A stretch of DNA of 64,000 bases from a virus. The notes beneath the pieces are model-generated. The model was not told the DNA's origin and ran no database searches. It saw only the letters and a list, made by a program, of their open reading frames with translations. Shown piece after piece: positions 30,440 through 40,375 of this stretch. Each line of letters starts with the position of its first letter. Positions within the stretch are counted from its first letter, which is position 1. The stretch is from positions 1-64,000 of the IMG/VR virus record IMGVR_UViG_3300031616_000001. One strand, written 5' to 3'. The position numbers and the translations under genes are program-made.

Positions 30440-31036
30440 TCACGTCGGACCTCCGATCAGCTGCTGCTCGCGCCATGCATCGCTCTCGGCGACGGGCTCG
30501 CCCTTGTCGTCGTAGACGGCAAGCAGCGCGCGGGCCCGGTGGTTCAGGTCAGCCGAATAGTTCAGGCCGAGGAGTTCCTTCTCGACGGCCAGCAGCTTCT
30601 CGTCGACGATGGCCTCAACGGCGTTCTCACCGTCGTCGGCGCGCGTGACACGGCCGCGCCAGCGCAGCAGGCGCTTGCGCTTCGTCGTGAGTGCCCGGAC
30701 CTTTTGATTGATGTTCTCCAGCCCCGTGGCAATGCGAATGTCGATCGCCATCGGCAGGTGCATCGCGAAGCTGTCGATGGCCTCGTCCATGAGCACGCGC
30801 AGCAGGCCGGCGGCTTCGATCTCCGCCTGGACTTCGCTGTGCGTGTCGCCGACGTCGTACATGGCGCGCTTGACGGGATCGCTGAGGCAGTCGTAGGCCT
30901 CCTGGATCTCGCGCATCTTCTCGTCGCTGCCGCCGTTGCGATCGGGATGCGCTGACATCGCCTTGCTGCGATAGGCGCGCTTGACGGCGTCGAAGTCGGC
31001 ATCGCGGGCGACGCCAAGGAGTTCGTAGTACGTCAT
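30440..31036 (-). CDS. DnaJ (J-domain) protein
   Basis: TYYELLGV...KRAYR..AM..HPDRNGG...IQEAY..LSDP.KR..YD. Confidence 0.9.
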   Translation of the reverse strand: MTYYELLGVARDADFDAVKRAYRSKAMSAHPDRNGGSDEKMREIQEAYDCLSDPVKRAMYDVGDTHSEVQAEIEAAGLLRVLMDEAIDSFAMHLPMAIDIRIATGLENINQKVRALTTKRKRLLRWRGRVTRADDGENAVEAIVDEKLLAVEKELLGLNYSADLNHRARALLAVYDDKGEPVAESDAWREQQLIGGPT

Positions 31037-31743
31037 ACGCCGGCCTCCGGGCGCCAAGATGGGTGCTGGTTGGCGCGCGCCCAGTAGAGGCGCTCGTCGG
31101 CGCGCATCATCTGCAGGTGCGCGGCGATTTCGTCCGAAGGAACCATCGCACCGGCCCACGAGCCAGCATAGTGAGCTACTGGATGCATGCAGAGGGCACA
31201 GAGAATGCGCATCTGTCCTTTGACCTCGTGCAGCGCTACCGTAGGCTTGAGCCTGCGGAACATGTATGTGATGCCACTGCGCCGGCTCTTCTCGACGAAC
31301 GTTCCGGTCAGCAGGTATTGCTTGAACGCGCGATGCGTCATGAGCGTTCCGAGGAGTGCCAGCGCATTGCTCTCCTGCTCGACACCCCATGCCTCCGCGC
31401 AGCCCAGCGTGCGAAGGTCATAGCTCAAATGGTTGGCGCCGGGGAACATGGCGAATGTCACCTTGCCGCTGGGTGGTTCGATGACGACGATCTCGCAGCG
31501 CCGCCGCGTCGACCAGAAGCTGTTGCGCACCTTGATGTCTTCGCGGTCCGCGGTCTCCGCGGGCCGTTGCGCGCCGCCGCACATCGCCATCAGTTCCGCC
31601 GCCTTTGGATAGGTCGGCTCGACCACGAGCGTCTCGTCCTCTAGCGGCATGGGAATGCCGGACCACAAGCCGAGGTGCTCGGCAGCGCGGTGCAGACCGT
31701 TGCGCAGACTGGCGAAGTTGTCGTGACGCTCGAGCAGTTCCAC
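31033..31743 (-). CDS. Hypothetical protein with LCMHP motif
   Basis: GGAGG RBS with GTG start; follows the Gly-Gly-ending ORF. Confidence 0.6.
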   Translation of the reverse strand: MELLERHDNFASLRNGLHRAAEHLGLWSGIPMPLEDETLVVEPTYPKAAELMAMCGGAQRPAETADREDIKVRNSFWSTRRRCEIVVIEPPSGKVTFAMFPGANHLSYDLRTLGCAEAWGVEQESNALALLGTLMTHRAFKQYLLTGTFVEKSRRSGITYMFRRLKPTVALHEVKGQMRILCALCMHPVAHYAGSWAGAMVPSDEIAAHLQMMRADERLYWARANQHPSWRPEAGV

Positions 31744-31744
31744 C

Positions 31745-32185
31745 TTAGCCTCCCGCCGTACGTCCGACAGCGACGGCGCTGGTCTTCTCGGCGGCGACGC
31801 GCCGCTTTCCGACGCGCTTGCCTGGCGCTGCTGCAGGCGCTGCTGTTCCTTCTTCAACGCGCGCTTGCGCTTGGCCGTCTTCGGCATTGGTGTCCTCCTT
31901 GATGTCGGCACCGATCAGCGGATCGAAGTCGGCGATGATGTATTCGCAAGCGTCTTCGTCGAAGCCGAGCGCGCGCCTGTAGATCTTCTTGCCGTCGCCA
32001 TCGGTACCGGCTTCAACGAGCAAGGCGTAGCCTTGCCGAATCATTCCGGCGACTACCCGAGCCGCGCGAATGCGCTCTGCCGGATTGGACTTGTCGAAGC
32101 TGATCTTGATGTCGCCGGCTCCGACGCTGAGGATCCCGACGGAACCGGGTGCACCGGCGTATTGGATGGAGCGAGTCATGATCAA
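31745..32185 (-). CDS. Hypothetical protein ending in Gly-Gly
   Basis: 146 aa ORF; C-terminus AVAVGRTAGG*. Confidence 0.65.
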   Translation of the reverse strand: MIMTRSIQYAGAPGSVGILSVGAGDIKISFDKSNPAERIRAARVVAGMIRQGYALLVEAGTDGDGKKIYRRALGFDEDACEYIIADFDPLIGADIKEDTNAEDGQAQARVEEGTAAPAAAPGKRVGKRRVAAEKTSAVAVGRTAGG

Positions 32186-32469
32186 AAGTCCTCGTCGAGC
32201 GTCACAACAACCGAGCCGCGGATCTGGTGTGTCGTGCCGGGGTAGCAGTTCTTGAGATAGAGCTCCGTTGCCTTGGCGTTGACTGGCAAGTTCTTCGAAT
32301 GACCGAGGTCATCGACGAACATCACGATGCCGCGGCCGAGGTGCCGCAACTGCACGGTGTCCAGCGCGTCGGCGCCGATCAGCGCGCGGATCAGCGCGCG
32401 GATCGTGGTGGTGGATTGCGGGCCGTCGAGATTGGTCTCGGTGCCATCGCATCGGATCAGGCGGCGCAT
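32182..32469 (-). CDS. DUF3846-like protein
   Basis: MFVDDLG..KNLPVNAKAT.LY......I.GSVVV. Confidence 0.6.
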   Translation of the reverse strand: MRRLIRCDGTETNLDGPQSTTTIRALIRALIGADALDTVQLRHLGRGIVMFVDDLGHSKNLPVNAKATELYLKNCYPGTTHQIRGSVVVTLDEDF

Positions 32470-32629
32470 CACGACTGCACCTCCGACTCGTTCTCGGCGA
32501 CGACGATCTGCACGAGATCGACGGATATGCCGAGGGCCTGTGCGACCACGGCGCAGGCCTCGTCGTGATCGGAACCGCGCTTGACGGCGCGGGCGTAGGC
32601 GTCGAGCACCCGCTTGCGTTCGATGATCG

Positions 32630-33496
32630 TCATGACGTCGCCAGCACATGATCGCGTGCCACCTTGAAGCCGGCGGCATGCAGGTGGCCGCCACCGCCGT
32701 ACTCGACGGCGATCGCGCTGACGTCGATGCCATCGGGTGCCGAACGCAGGCCGAAGATGCGCGATTCAGCTGTGTCCCAGTACGTCGCCGCGAAAGGCCT
32801 GCCGACAGCCAACGTGCCGGCGGCATCGCTCACCATCGTGTAGGGCAGTGAAGCGACTGGCACGAAGTAGCCGCCGATCTGCATCTCGCGTGTGCAGACC
32901 TTCAGAAGCTCGGCGATGTCCTTGTGATGCTTGCGCTCGATCGCCGCGCCGGCCACGGTCATCTTCAGCAGCTCCGCCTGATCGGCAGACATGAGCCGAT
33001 CCCATTGGTCGAAGGTGTACTCGTAGCTGAAGACGTTGGCCTGGATCTCGCGGGTGTTCGGCAACTTGAAGCGCCATAGATCGCGGTCCTCGATGTGCCC
33101 AAGCAGTAGCGGTCGGTCCTCGCCAGGGAAAAGAAAGTCCCATGCGAGAGTTGCGCCACTGCGATCCAGATCGCAGTACCAGACCGCTTTGCGAGCCACC
33201 CCGTAGGCCATGGCATCGAACTCGTGCGGCTCGAAGACTGGACGCAGGTCTTCGATGGCGGTCTTGTGGTGGTCGATCAGCGTAACGCTGTTGGCCTGCT
33301 CCAGCATCCGAGCCACCACCGGCGCCTTGTAGCTGAAGTCCACCAAGTACACGTCGCGGCCGGTCACGTCGGGCGGGTCTTGCTGATACACGCCTGCCAC
33401 GTAGTCTGCGCCGGCGCGATACTTGCGCCAGAAGCACCAGGCGGCGCTGAAGCCATCTGCGCAATTGCCGTGGTAGATGATGAGAGGTCTGGTCAT
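32630..33496 (-). CDS. DHH/DHHA1 phosphoesterase
   Basis: YHGNCADG, VDFS, IDHHK, IEDRDLW and YGGGGHLHAAGF motifs. Confidence 0.9.
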   Translation of the reverse strand: MTRPLIIYHGNCADGFSAAWCFWRKYRAGADYVAGVYQQDPPDVTGRDVYLVDFSYKAPVVARMLEQANSVTLIDHHKTAIEDLRPVFEPHEFDAMAYGVARKAVWYCDLDRSGATLAWDFLFPGEDRPLLLGHIEDRDLWRFKLPNTREIQANVFSYEYTFDQWDRLMSADQAELLKMTVAGAAIERKHHKDIAELLKVCTREMQIGGYFVPVASLPYTMVSDAAGTLAVGRPFAATYWDTAESRIFGLRSAPDGIDVSAIAVEYGGGGHLHAAGFKVARDHVLATS

Positions 33497-33498
33497 GG

Positions 33499-36379
33499 TC
33501 AGTCGCTCGATGAGCTCGAAGATGAATCTGAGGAACTCGAATCTCTGCTCGACGAATTCGATTCGGGAGTGGTTGTCGGCGGATCGCTCGGCGTCGCCTT
33601 CGGCTCATCCCAGCTGTCGCTGGCCCCGCCGCCGGCGAACTGACCGCCGCCGCCCGAGCGGAACTCTTCAGGCGGCGGCGCCGGCTCGGCTACCGCGGCC
33701 GCCCCCATGAGTCCGAAGAGGCTCGCCGGCATCGAATCGTCGACGCGGCGATCGGTCACTGGCGGCGGGGCTGGCGGCTGACGGCTCGGAGGAGTCGTCC
33801 GCACGACGTCGCGCAGATACGGTGCCCGCGCCCACGGCCGATCGGGTTCGACGTACGCCGAGTGCGAGTGACGGCCGTATGGCCGTTTGAACTCGGCGGC
33901 ATAGTCGCGCTCCTGTCGGGTCGCGCGGAACGGATTCCACGGGAACGTGAAGAGCCGCTCGAACCAGGTGCGAGGCACCGTCTTGAAGATCTCTTCCATG
34001 TCAGCCTCCTGCAGCCTCGGCAGCGCGGTCGTCTCGCTCGATCTGGGCGATGAGCAGCGCCGCGGCGCGCACCAGGTCTTCGCGTCGCGTCTTCGGCTTG
34101 CACTCGGCGCGGTCCCATGGCCAGACGCCGCCGGCATAGGACTCGAGGATCCATTTGCGAGAGACATTGCTCTCATCGGGGATCGGCAGGAGTTCCGCCG
34201 CCGAGTGGATGGCGTAGTAGCTTGCGGCCAGCGCGAGCTCGCCGAGATCGTGCTCGTCGTCGTGGGCGGCGTCATAGCCTTCGCCGGCCACCTGGCGCTG
34301 GCGCTCGGCGATCACGTCGTCCTGGGCGCGGGTTTGTGTCATGCGCATGGTCTGGTCCTCAGTAGCTTGGTGCGGGGTTGGTGAGGCCCGACGTCGGCGC
34401 CCGCATGTGCAGGCGTTCGTCGAGCCAGATGTCGAGGATCTCGTCGGCCGGCCGGTAGGGCAGCAGCGCATCACGGCGCAACGCCTCCTCGTTGATCAGC
34501 GGTGGCATCTCTCGCGAGGTCATGACCTTCTCCTGGATCTGATGTGCGCGTGCGAGCGCTTGACCCGTGCCCGCAGCGTCAACTTGGAATTGATGAGCCA
34601 GTGCGACGACGGCAGATCGACACCGACCGCGCGGTAGGCGGTGGTGATGAGAGGGATCGCCTGCAAGCGCTTCGCCCGTTCGCCTACGACGGCCCGCAGC
34701 GTTCCGAAGTGCTCGTGGTTCGCCGCGAACTCGCGGAAGAACGGCCACGCCGGCGGCGTCCACCTGGCCACGATCTCGAGTGCCATGTCTTCCACCTGGA
34801 AGCAGATGAAGTGGAAGCGCCACTTGTCGAGACGGCCACCCTTCACCACGCCCGCGGAGGGGATGGTGATGGGGCGGGCGACATCGAGCAGCACGGTGGC
34901 CCCCGGTCAGATCTTCGAGCTGCGCGGCTTCTCGGCCGGCCCCTTGCGGCCGGCTGCAACTGCCTCCGGCGTCCATTCGAACTCGGGCCGTTCCATGACC
35001 GGCTTGTTGCTCGTCGTATCCAAGCGATTGACGTCGAACCAATGCGAGTCGAGTGGCTTGCCGTCCTTGTCGACACCTGGGTTCACGATCGCCTGAATGC
35101 AGCCGTAGAGATCGAAACCGATGGACGTCACAGTGCCCTTGAATCCGGTCACTCGGTCTTTGACGGGCATGCCGAGCATGTCCAGATGCTTCTTGAGATT
35201 CACCATGGTCTTCTCCTTTGGATGGATGAGGTCAGGTCAGTGCGTCGCTGCCGCGCCGTCGCCGGTGTTCTGTTCGATAAAGGCGTCGGTCGCAGCGCGG
35301 TGTGCATCGCTCTTCGTCTTGGTCTTCGCAGGCTTCTCGGGCTCGGCAGCCGGGCCGGTGCCGGGCGCACCGCTACCGGCAGCCGAGTCGATTGCGTCGT
35401 CTTCCAAGAGGCTCGGTGCGAGCAGCCGAATGAAGATGCTCTTCTTCTGGCTCGATCCCATCTTGCCGATGAAGCGCTCCGTGATATCCGCCGCTGACAG
35501 GATCGTGAAAGCGATGTCGACGAGACCGCCGTCATGGGGCGTGATATCGAAGTGCTTGACCTCGCAAAGCTGGACGATCATGTTCGACTCGCCGCCCGTC
35601 CCATAGTCCACGTGGAACGTGTAGCCGGTGAACTCGCGATCCCAGCGGATCGGATAGTGCAGATCCTTGAAACGAACGAATGCGAGGTCATTGGCCTCGA
35701 GTGCCATCTCGCCTTGTTCGCTCCCTTGGTCTGGGGTGGCCGAGAACAGGTGCTCGCGCAGGCTCTTGTGGAGCATGTCGAGGGCATGGTTCTTGGTGCG
35801 CCAACGGACCACAGTTCGCTGCGTAGTGACGAGAGCCTCGCCGTGCTTTTTCGAGTTGGTATCGAAGTCAACGCACAGAACTTCTGAGACGTCGGTGATT
35901 TCAAATTGGGGCATGGGTTGCTTTCGGTGTGGTGAAGGTACTTTGTAATGCTAAGTTACGCGGCGACTGGAATGGCATCAGAAGGGCTGGTCGTTGTCGA
36001 TCTCGCGATGCGACGTCAGGAGGCGATGCCGGTCCGCGTCGGGCAAGTTGTTGATGGCCTCCTTCACGCTGTACGGTTTCATGGGCTCGTGCTTAATGTC
36101 GAATGCCGCAACTTGCGCCGTGGCTTCGTCGCACCAGTTAATCGAGTAGATCGCCGCGGCACCGAAGGATCTGGTGTGTGCTGCGATCTCGCGGATGCTG
36201 ACCACGCGCTCACCATTCCTGAATTCGCTTTCGCGCACTGTCACGGCTGGCACGTCGACGCGAATGAACGCGGTGCCTCCGAAAGCCTGCTCGTTGATGG
36301 CGCCAGCGATACGGGCGTGGCCGAAGAGCTCGACGACCGCGTAGAGCTGAGGAGACTGAAAGTCGTCGATGGAAGGCAT
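33499..36379 (-). other. Hypothetical early genes (33499-33999, 34001-34348, 34359-34523, 34520-34894, 34907-35206, 35237-35914, 35978-36379)
   Basis: Consecutive minus-strand ORFs, several with clear RBS; functions not recognised. Confidence 0.55.
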
Positions 36380-36400
36380 TCTTTGGCTCCTGCGAGGATT

Positions 36401-36485
36401 GAAGAAAAAAGGGCGGCCTTGCGGCGCGATCGGGGAATGGGTTCAGGGAGGGAGGAGGTTGTCCCGATCGGCGCGCCCCGGAAAA
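36401..36485 (-). ncRNA. Putative structured RNA/terminator with a CCUCCUCCC loop
   Basis: Stem GCGCCGATCGGG/CCCGATCG-CGC enclosing ACAACCTCCTCCCTCCCTGAA, followed by TTTTTT. Confidence 0.4.
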
Positions 36486-36491
36486 TGGTTG

Positions 36492-37049
36492 CTAACTCGC
36501 TGGCGGCTTCGCCGGCAGTTCGACGAAATGGAACGGACCGGCCACGCCGGTGCTGAACGTCACGGCCGCATCCAGACCTGCCTGCAGACGTGCCATCGGA
36601 TCGGCGACGCCGCGCAGTGCGTGCATCGCGCCCATGGCGTAGCTTTCACCGCATCCGACGGCTGTGATGTCGTCGATGCACTCGGCGACCTGGAAGTCGC
36701 TGTGGATCGTGAACAGACTTCCGCGGAAGCCGACGATGAAGACACCGCCTTCATCGCGCCCGTTGACCGTCGTCGCGTATCCGCCGCTTTTCAGCGTTTC
36801 TCGGATGGCCGGCACCAGCGCCTTCACGGCGTACTCGAACGGCTGCTGACCTTCGACGATCGCCGGCGGCGACAGGTTGAACTGCAACAGCTGCAGCATC
36901 CTGAATGAAGACGTGCCTCCGATGATTAGGCCGCCGTTGAGGAACACCTTGCGGTCCTTGCGAATGCGCAGGTCCCAGCCGCCGACGCCGGCGCTGTCGG
37001 CACCGAGAATGATCTTGCCCTCGTGGGCGATACCGACGATGCAAGTCAT
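36492..37049 (-). CDS. HslV/proteasome-like Ntn-hydrolase
   Basis: MTCIVG (N-terminal Thr after Met removal), GADS, RKVF, AVGCGESYAMGAM, TGVAGPF. Confidence 0.75.
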   Translation of the reverse strand: MTCIVGIAHEGKIILGADSAGVGGWDLRIRKDRKVFLNGGLIIGGTSSFRMLQLLQFNLSPPAIVEGQQPFEYAVKALVPAIRETLKSGGYATTVNGRDEGGVFIVGFRGSLFTIHSDFQVAECIDDITAVGCGESYAMGAMHALRGVADPMARLQAGLDAAVTFSTGVAGPFHFVELPAKPPAS

Positions 37050-37429
37050 GCCGTGACTCCTCTGCGCGCGATCTCTTGTTTCAGCGCGTCTATCTCGGAC
37101 CCCGCGAACATGGTCTGCCGCACGGTGCCATCGTTCGCCGCGTACTCGGCTAGCATGCCGGGCACGAAGCCCCACGGCCGCGCAACTAAGTGGGAGGTGC
37201 AAAGCATTTCGATACCGAGGTACGTGAAGCGCATGCCGATGGCGACTGGCGGGTCGAACGCCATCAACGCAGCCACGGCTGCAGGCAGGGGAGTCACCGA
37301 CGGAGGCGGCACCGCGGATGCGGGTGCAGCCGTCCGGCGACGTTCGGCATTGCGCCCGTCGACGCGACCGCGGACGTAGATAAACACGAACGCGACGGCG
37401 ACGTAGAGGACTGCGGTTAGGCCGTCCAT
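37046..37429 (-). CDS. Membrane-anchored hypothetical protein
   Basis: N-terminal TM helix. Confidence 0.5.
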   Translation of the reverse strand: MDGLTAVLYVAVAFVFIYVRGRVDGRNAERRRTAAPASAVPPPSVTPLPAAVAALMAFDPPVAIGMRFTYLGIEMLCTSHLVARPWGFVPGMLAEYAANDGTVRQTMFAGSEIDALKQEIARRGVTA

Positions 37430-37431
37430 GA

Positions 37432-39549
37432 TCAGGCGTCCACGTCGTCGAAGACACTGCGCGTGCCGTCGGCGTTCATGAGGGTGCCGTCCTCGGCATA
37501 GAACTGGCCACCCGTCAGCGGAACAGCGCGCAGCGCTGACTTGAGCGCGGCCATCTCATCGTGCGGCACGATCCATGGCCCCGGCTTGCCGGCTCGCGGC
37601 TTCAGGGCTGCCGACTTCATGACGGCGGCGACCGCGGCCAGCAAGGTTCCCGCCGTCTCCAGGTACTTCTTCATGTCGTAGAAGACCTCTGGCGGCGCAT
37701 CAGCAGCGTGCAGCTCGCCGGTCTGCCGCAGATAGCCGATGTACCCCTCATCTGAAGTGATCGAGATCGCCTGCAGCTGATAGTCGCCGAAGTACCTCTT
37801 GCTGGGGACCGATCCTGGCTCGCCGGCATAGCCAAGCGCTTGGAATCCAAGAGAGAAAACGAAGTCTGGCGTCGGTGGCAAAGCCGACGTGCGGATCTCG
37901 AGCCAGCCGACAGGCTTGTTCTGATCGAAGCCGATCAGGATGGGCACGCGCGTGGTGTCCTCGTTGAGTACGACGGGCAGCGTGCCGTCGCCGGGGCCGC
38001 CGGGCAGCGCGTCGGCGGCATCGGTCAGCGCGCCGTGAACCGTTTGGTCGCTGCCCGTCGCCATGTCGACACCGATGACAATCGTCTCACCCTGGTGCAA
38101 TACGTCAGCCATTTCGGCCGGCACGTATCCGCTCGGCGTATCGGCCAGCGCCAGCGCGGCCTTGACGTCGGCCACCTGCTCAACCAGCGGCGGCGCATCG
38201 CGGCTCGCGACCAGCTCGGCCAGGTAGCTGCGCAGGCTGACCAGCGTCGCGTCCTTCACGGCCTGCGCCGAGCCCACGAGGATCCCGAAGTTGGCGTCGT
38301 CGATTAGCCAGGCCTCGGTCTCTGCGATGATCTTCTCGACGTCGTCGACGTTGGCACCGGTGTAGTAGGGGATGCGGCCGACGTGGGCGATGACCAGCTG
38401 CTGGCGAATGCCGTCGATCTGCTGCATGGCCATTTGCGTGCGCTCGGCTGCCGCGGCTTGCTCGTCGCGAAGGCGCCGGGTTTCGGCGTCGGCGGTCTTC
38501 TGGTCGGTCTCGCGCTGCAGGACGACCCTGTGGAAGTCGTGGAGCTCATGCAGCGCCTTGTCGCGCGCCTTGACAGCCACGGCCGCGAACTCGCCGAGCT
38601 CATCGCCGACGGCAACGTGTTCGATCAACGTGACCAGCTCCAGCAGGCCGGCGGCCGACGACGTGAAGGCTCGGCGCTGGATGCGGTCGATCTCGGCCAC
38701 CAGTTCGCTTGCGGCGTCGCTGCGCGCGCGGCGATCGTCGGCGGCCCGCTGCTCGGCTGCGCGCTGCGCGTCGGCGACCCGACGCTGCTCGACGTCGGCG
38801 GCCTCGCGCTGCCGGCGCTCCTCGGCCTCGCGGGTGATGCGCTCGGCGTTCTCGCGCTCGAGTTGCGCGAGGCGCAGGCGGTTCGCTTCGGCCTCGGCTT
38901 CACGCTGCTCGGAAGACTTTGCAATGCTAAGTAAATCGGCCAACTTCAGGAGCGTCTCGGCCTTTGCGTTGACGGCGTGCGGCTCGAACTCTTCGAAGTC
39001 CGCGCCGACGACGATGCGCGCAACCATGTCGATGCGCTCCTGGATCTGCGCCGACGTCATGCCTACCGCGCGCACGGCGACGTTGGTGATGTCGGCGATG
39101 CGATCGCGGTGGCCGGCCTGGCGTTCGGCCTCGGCGGCGTCGCGCTCTGCCTTCTCACGCACCCTGCGCTGCTCGTCTGCGGTGATCTGCTGGTCGGCCG
39201 AGTTGTAGATCTCCTCGGTGATGCCGACGAATCGTTCGGCCTCGCTCTCCAGCCTGATGATCTTCTCGGCGACGCTGGCCTTCAATTCACGCTTTTTGTC
39301 GGCACAGCGCTTCTCGATGGTCGTCATCGTGCGCTTGAGCATCTGCCGATCCTTGCGGGCGCGGTCGTTGCCTTTGATCGTCGTCAAGTCGTAGGCGATG
39401 CCCTTGAGCTTGAGCATCTCGTTCAGGCCGTGGATGAGGTCCTTGTATTCCTCGAGCTCTGTCGAGACAAGTGCGACCTCGGTGCCCGGCGTTTTGTCGT
39501 CGACGACATCAGGGCCTGCCGTGCCCGCGGATTCTTCATTTTCGCTCAT
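37432..39549 (-). CDS. Long coiled-coil phage protein (DUF1351-like N-terminus)
   Basis: YDLTTIKG...ARKDR..L motif; E/R/A-rich coiled coil; near the recombination genes. Confidence 0.6.
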   Translation of the reverse strand: MSENEESAGTAGPDVVDDKTPGTEVALVSTELEEYKDLIHGLNEMLKLKGIAYDLTTIKGNDRARKDRQMLKRTMTTIEKRCADKKRELKASVAEKIIRLESEAERFVGITEEIYNSADQQITADEQRRVREKAERDAAEAERQAGHRDRIADITNVAVRAVGMTSAQIQERIDMVARIVVGADFEEFEPHAVNAKAETLLKLADLLSIAKSSEQREAEAEANRLRLAQLERENAERITREAEERRQREAADVEQRRVADAQRAAEQRAADDRRARSDAASELVAEIDRIQRRAFTSSAAGLLELVTLIEHVAVGDELGEFAAVAVKARDKALHELHDFHRVVLQRETDQKTADAETRRLRDEQAAAAERTQMAMQQIDGIRQQLVIAHVGRIPYYTGANVDDVEKIIAETEAWLIDDANFGILVGSAQAVKDATLVSLRSYLAELVASRDAPPLVEQVADVKAALALADTPSGYVPAEMADVLHQGETIVIGVDMATGSDQTVHGALTDAADALPGGPGDGTLPVVLNEDTTRVPILIGFDQNKPVGWLEIRTSALPPTPDFVFSLGFQALGYAGEPGSVPSKRYFGDYQLQAISITSDEGYIGYLRQTGELHAADAPPEVFYDMKKYLETAGTLLAAVAAVMKSAALKPRAGKPGPWIVPHDEMAALKSALRAVPLTGGQFYAEDGTLMNADGTRSVFDDVDA

Positions 39550-39565
39550 GGTCACTCCGTTTGAA

Positions 39566-39802
39566 TCAAAGGTCTTGGTCGCGAGCGACGCGCATGCTCT
39601 GCCGATCGCGAGCCACGTCAGCCGCGCAATCCCTGTAGAGCAACTCGCTGCACGGCTTCGGATTCATGTTCTCGTAGCACCAGCACAGGTACTGCGGGTC
39701 CTTCTCGCCGATCTGTGATGGTGTGAGGCCGGGATACTTCCGGCTGCGCGCCATCGGCGCGTGGTCGAGGTCTTCGGCGACTGTCATTTCTAGTTCCATC
39801 AA
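39566..39802 (-). CDS. Small protein with an ExoX-C/DUF3820-like motif
   Basis: KYPG.....I...DPQYL.W. Confidence 0.5.
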   Translation of the reverse strand: MMELEMTVAEDLDHAPMARSRKYPGLTPSQIGEKDPQYLCWCYENMNPKPCSELLYRDCAADVARDRQSMRVARDQDL

Positions 39803-40284
39803 GAGGTAGGGATCTCGCGCTGCAGGCTGACCTGCTGCTTTGGCTTTGGCGGCTCGATCTCTTTCATCATGGCGGAAGCCTGTGAGAGAACGGCTGCACC
39901 AAGACGCATGACGTGCAACTGCTTGCTCTGCTCAATTTGCGTGAGCGTCTCGGCACGTACCATCGTCACACGCCGGATGCTCTTGCCTTGCTTGCGCGTG
40001 CCCTGCTTGAATCCCTTGATGTTCGTGTCCAGTCGCTCGACGCCAGTGAGCGCGCGAAAGCCGATCGTCGGAATTGCCGCGATCTCGATGTTGTGGCTGT
40101 TCAACATCTCTTTTCGCCAGGCGAGCGTGACGCACCGATAGCGGTTCGACTTCGGACTGAGCCCGATCACCGCCTCGATCTGCTCGTGCGTGAAGTCGGT
40201 GCCTTCTGCGATCTCTGGGAACGCAGTGCGCAGCTTCTTGACATCAGGGGCTGTTGGAACGCCCCCAAGAAACAACTTGCTCAT
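39799..40284 (-). CDS. Basic, possibly winged-helix protein; candidate accessory gene of the Cas7-like locus
   Basis: AAGGA RBS directly after repeat unit 4; FTHEQIEAVIG...GFRAL. Confidence 0.6.
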   Translation of the reverse strand: MSKLFLGGVPTAPDVKKLRTAFPEIAEGTDFTHEQIEAVIGLSPKSNRYRCVTLAWRKEMLNSHNIEIAAIPTIGFRALTGVERLDTNIKGFKQGTRKQGKSIRRVTMVRAETLTQIEQSKQLHVMRLGAAVLSQASAMMKEIEPPKPKQQVSLQREIPTS

Positions 40285-40300
40285 CTCGATTCCTTTCAAC

Positions 40301-40371
40301 TATGCGCGTAGCGCCCGTGCCCCGGCTTGCTCTGCAACGCCCGGCCACGCCTTGCCAGACCACAACAAGAC
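40301..40371 (-). repeat. (GGY-NN)n pentamer unit 4 plus terminal hairpin
   Basis: GTCTT GTTGT GGTCT GGCAA GGCGT GGCCG GGCGT TGCAG AGCAA GCCGG GGCAC GGGCG, then hairpin GCGC-TAC-GCGC. Confidence 0.85.
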
Positions 40372-40375
40372 GGGA

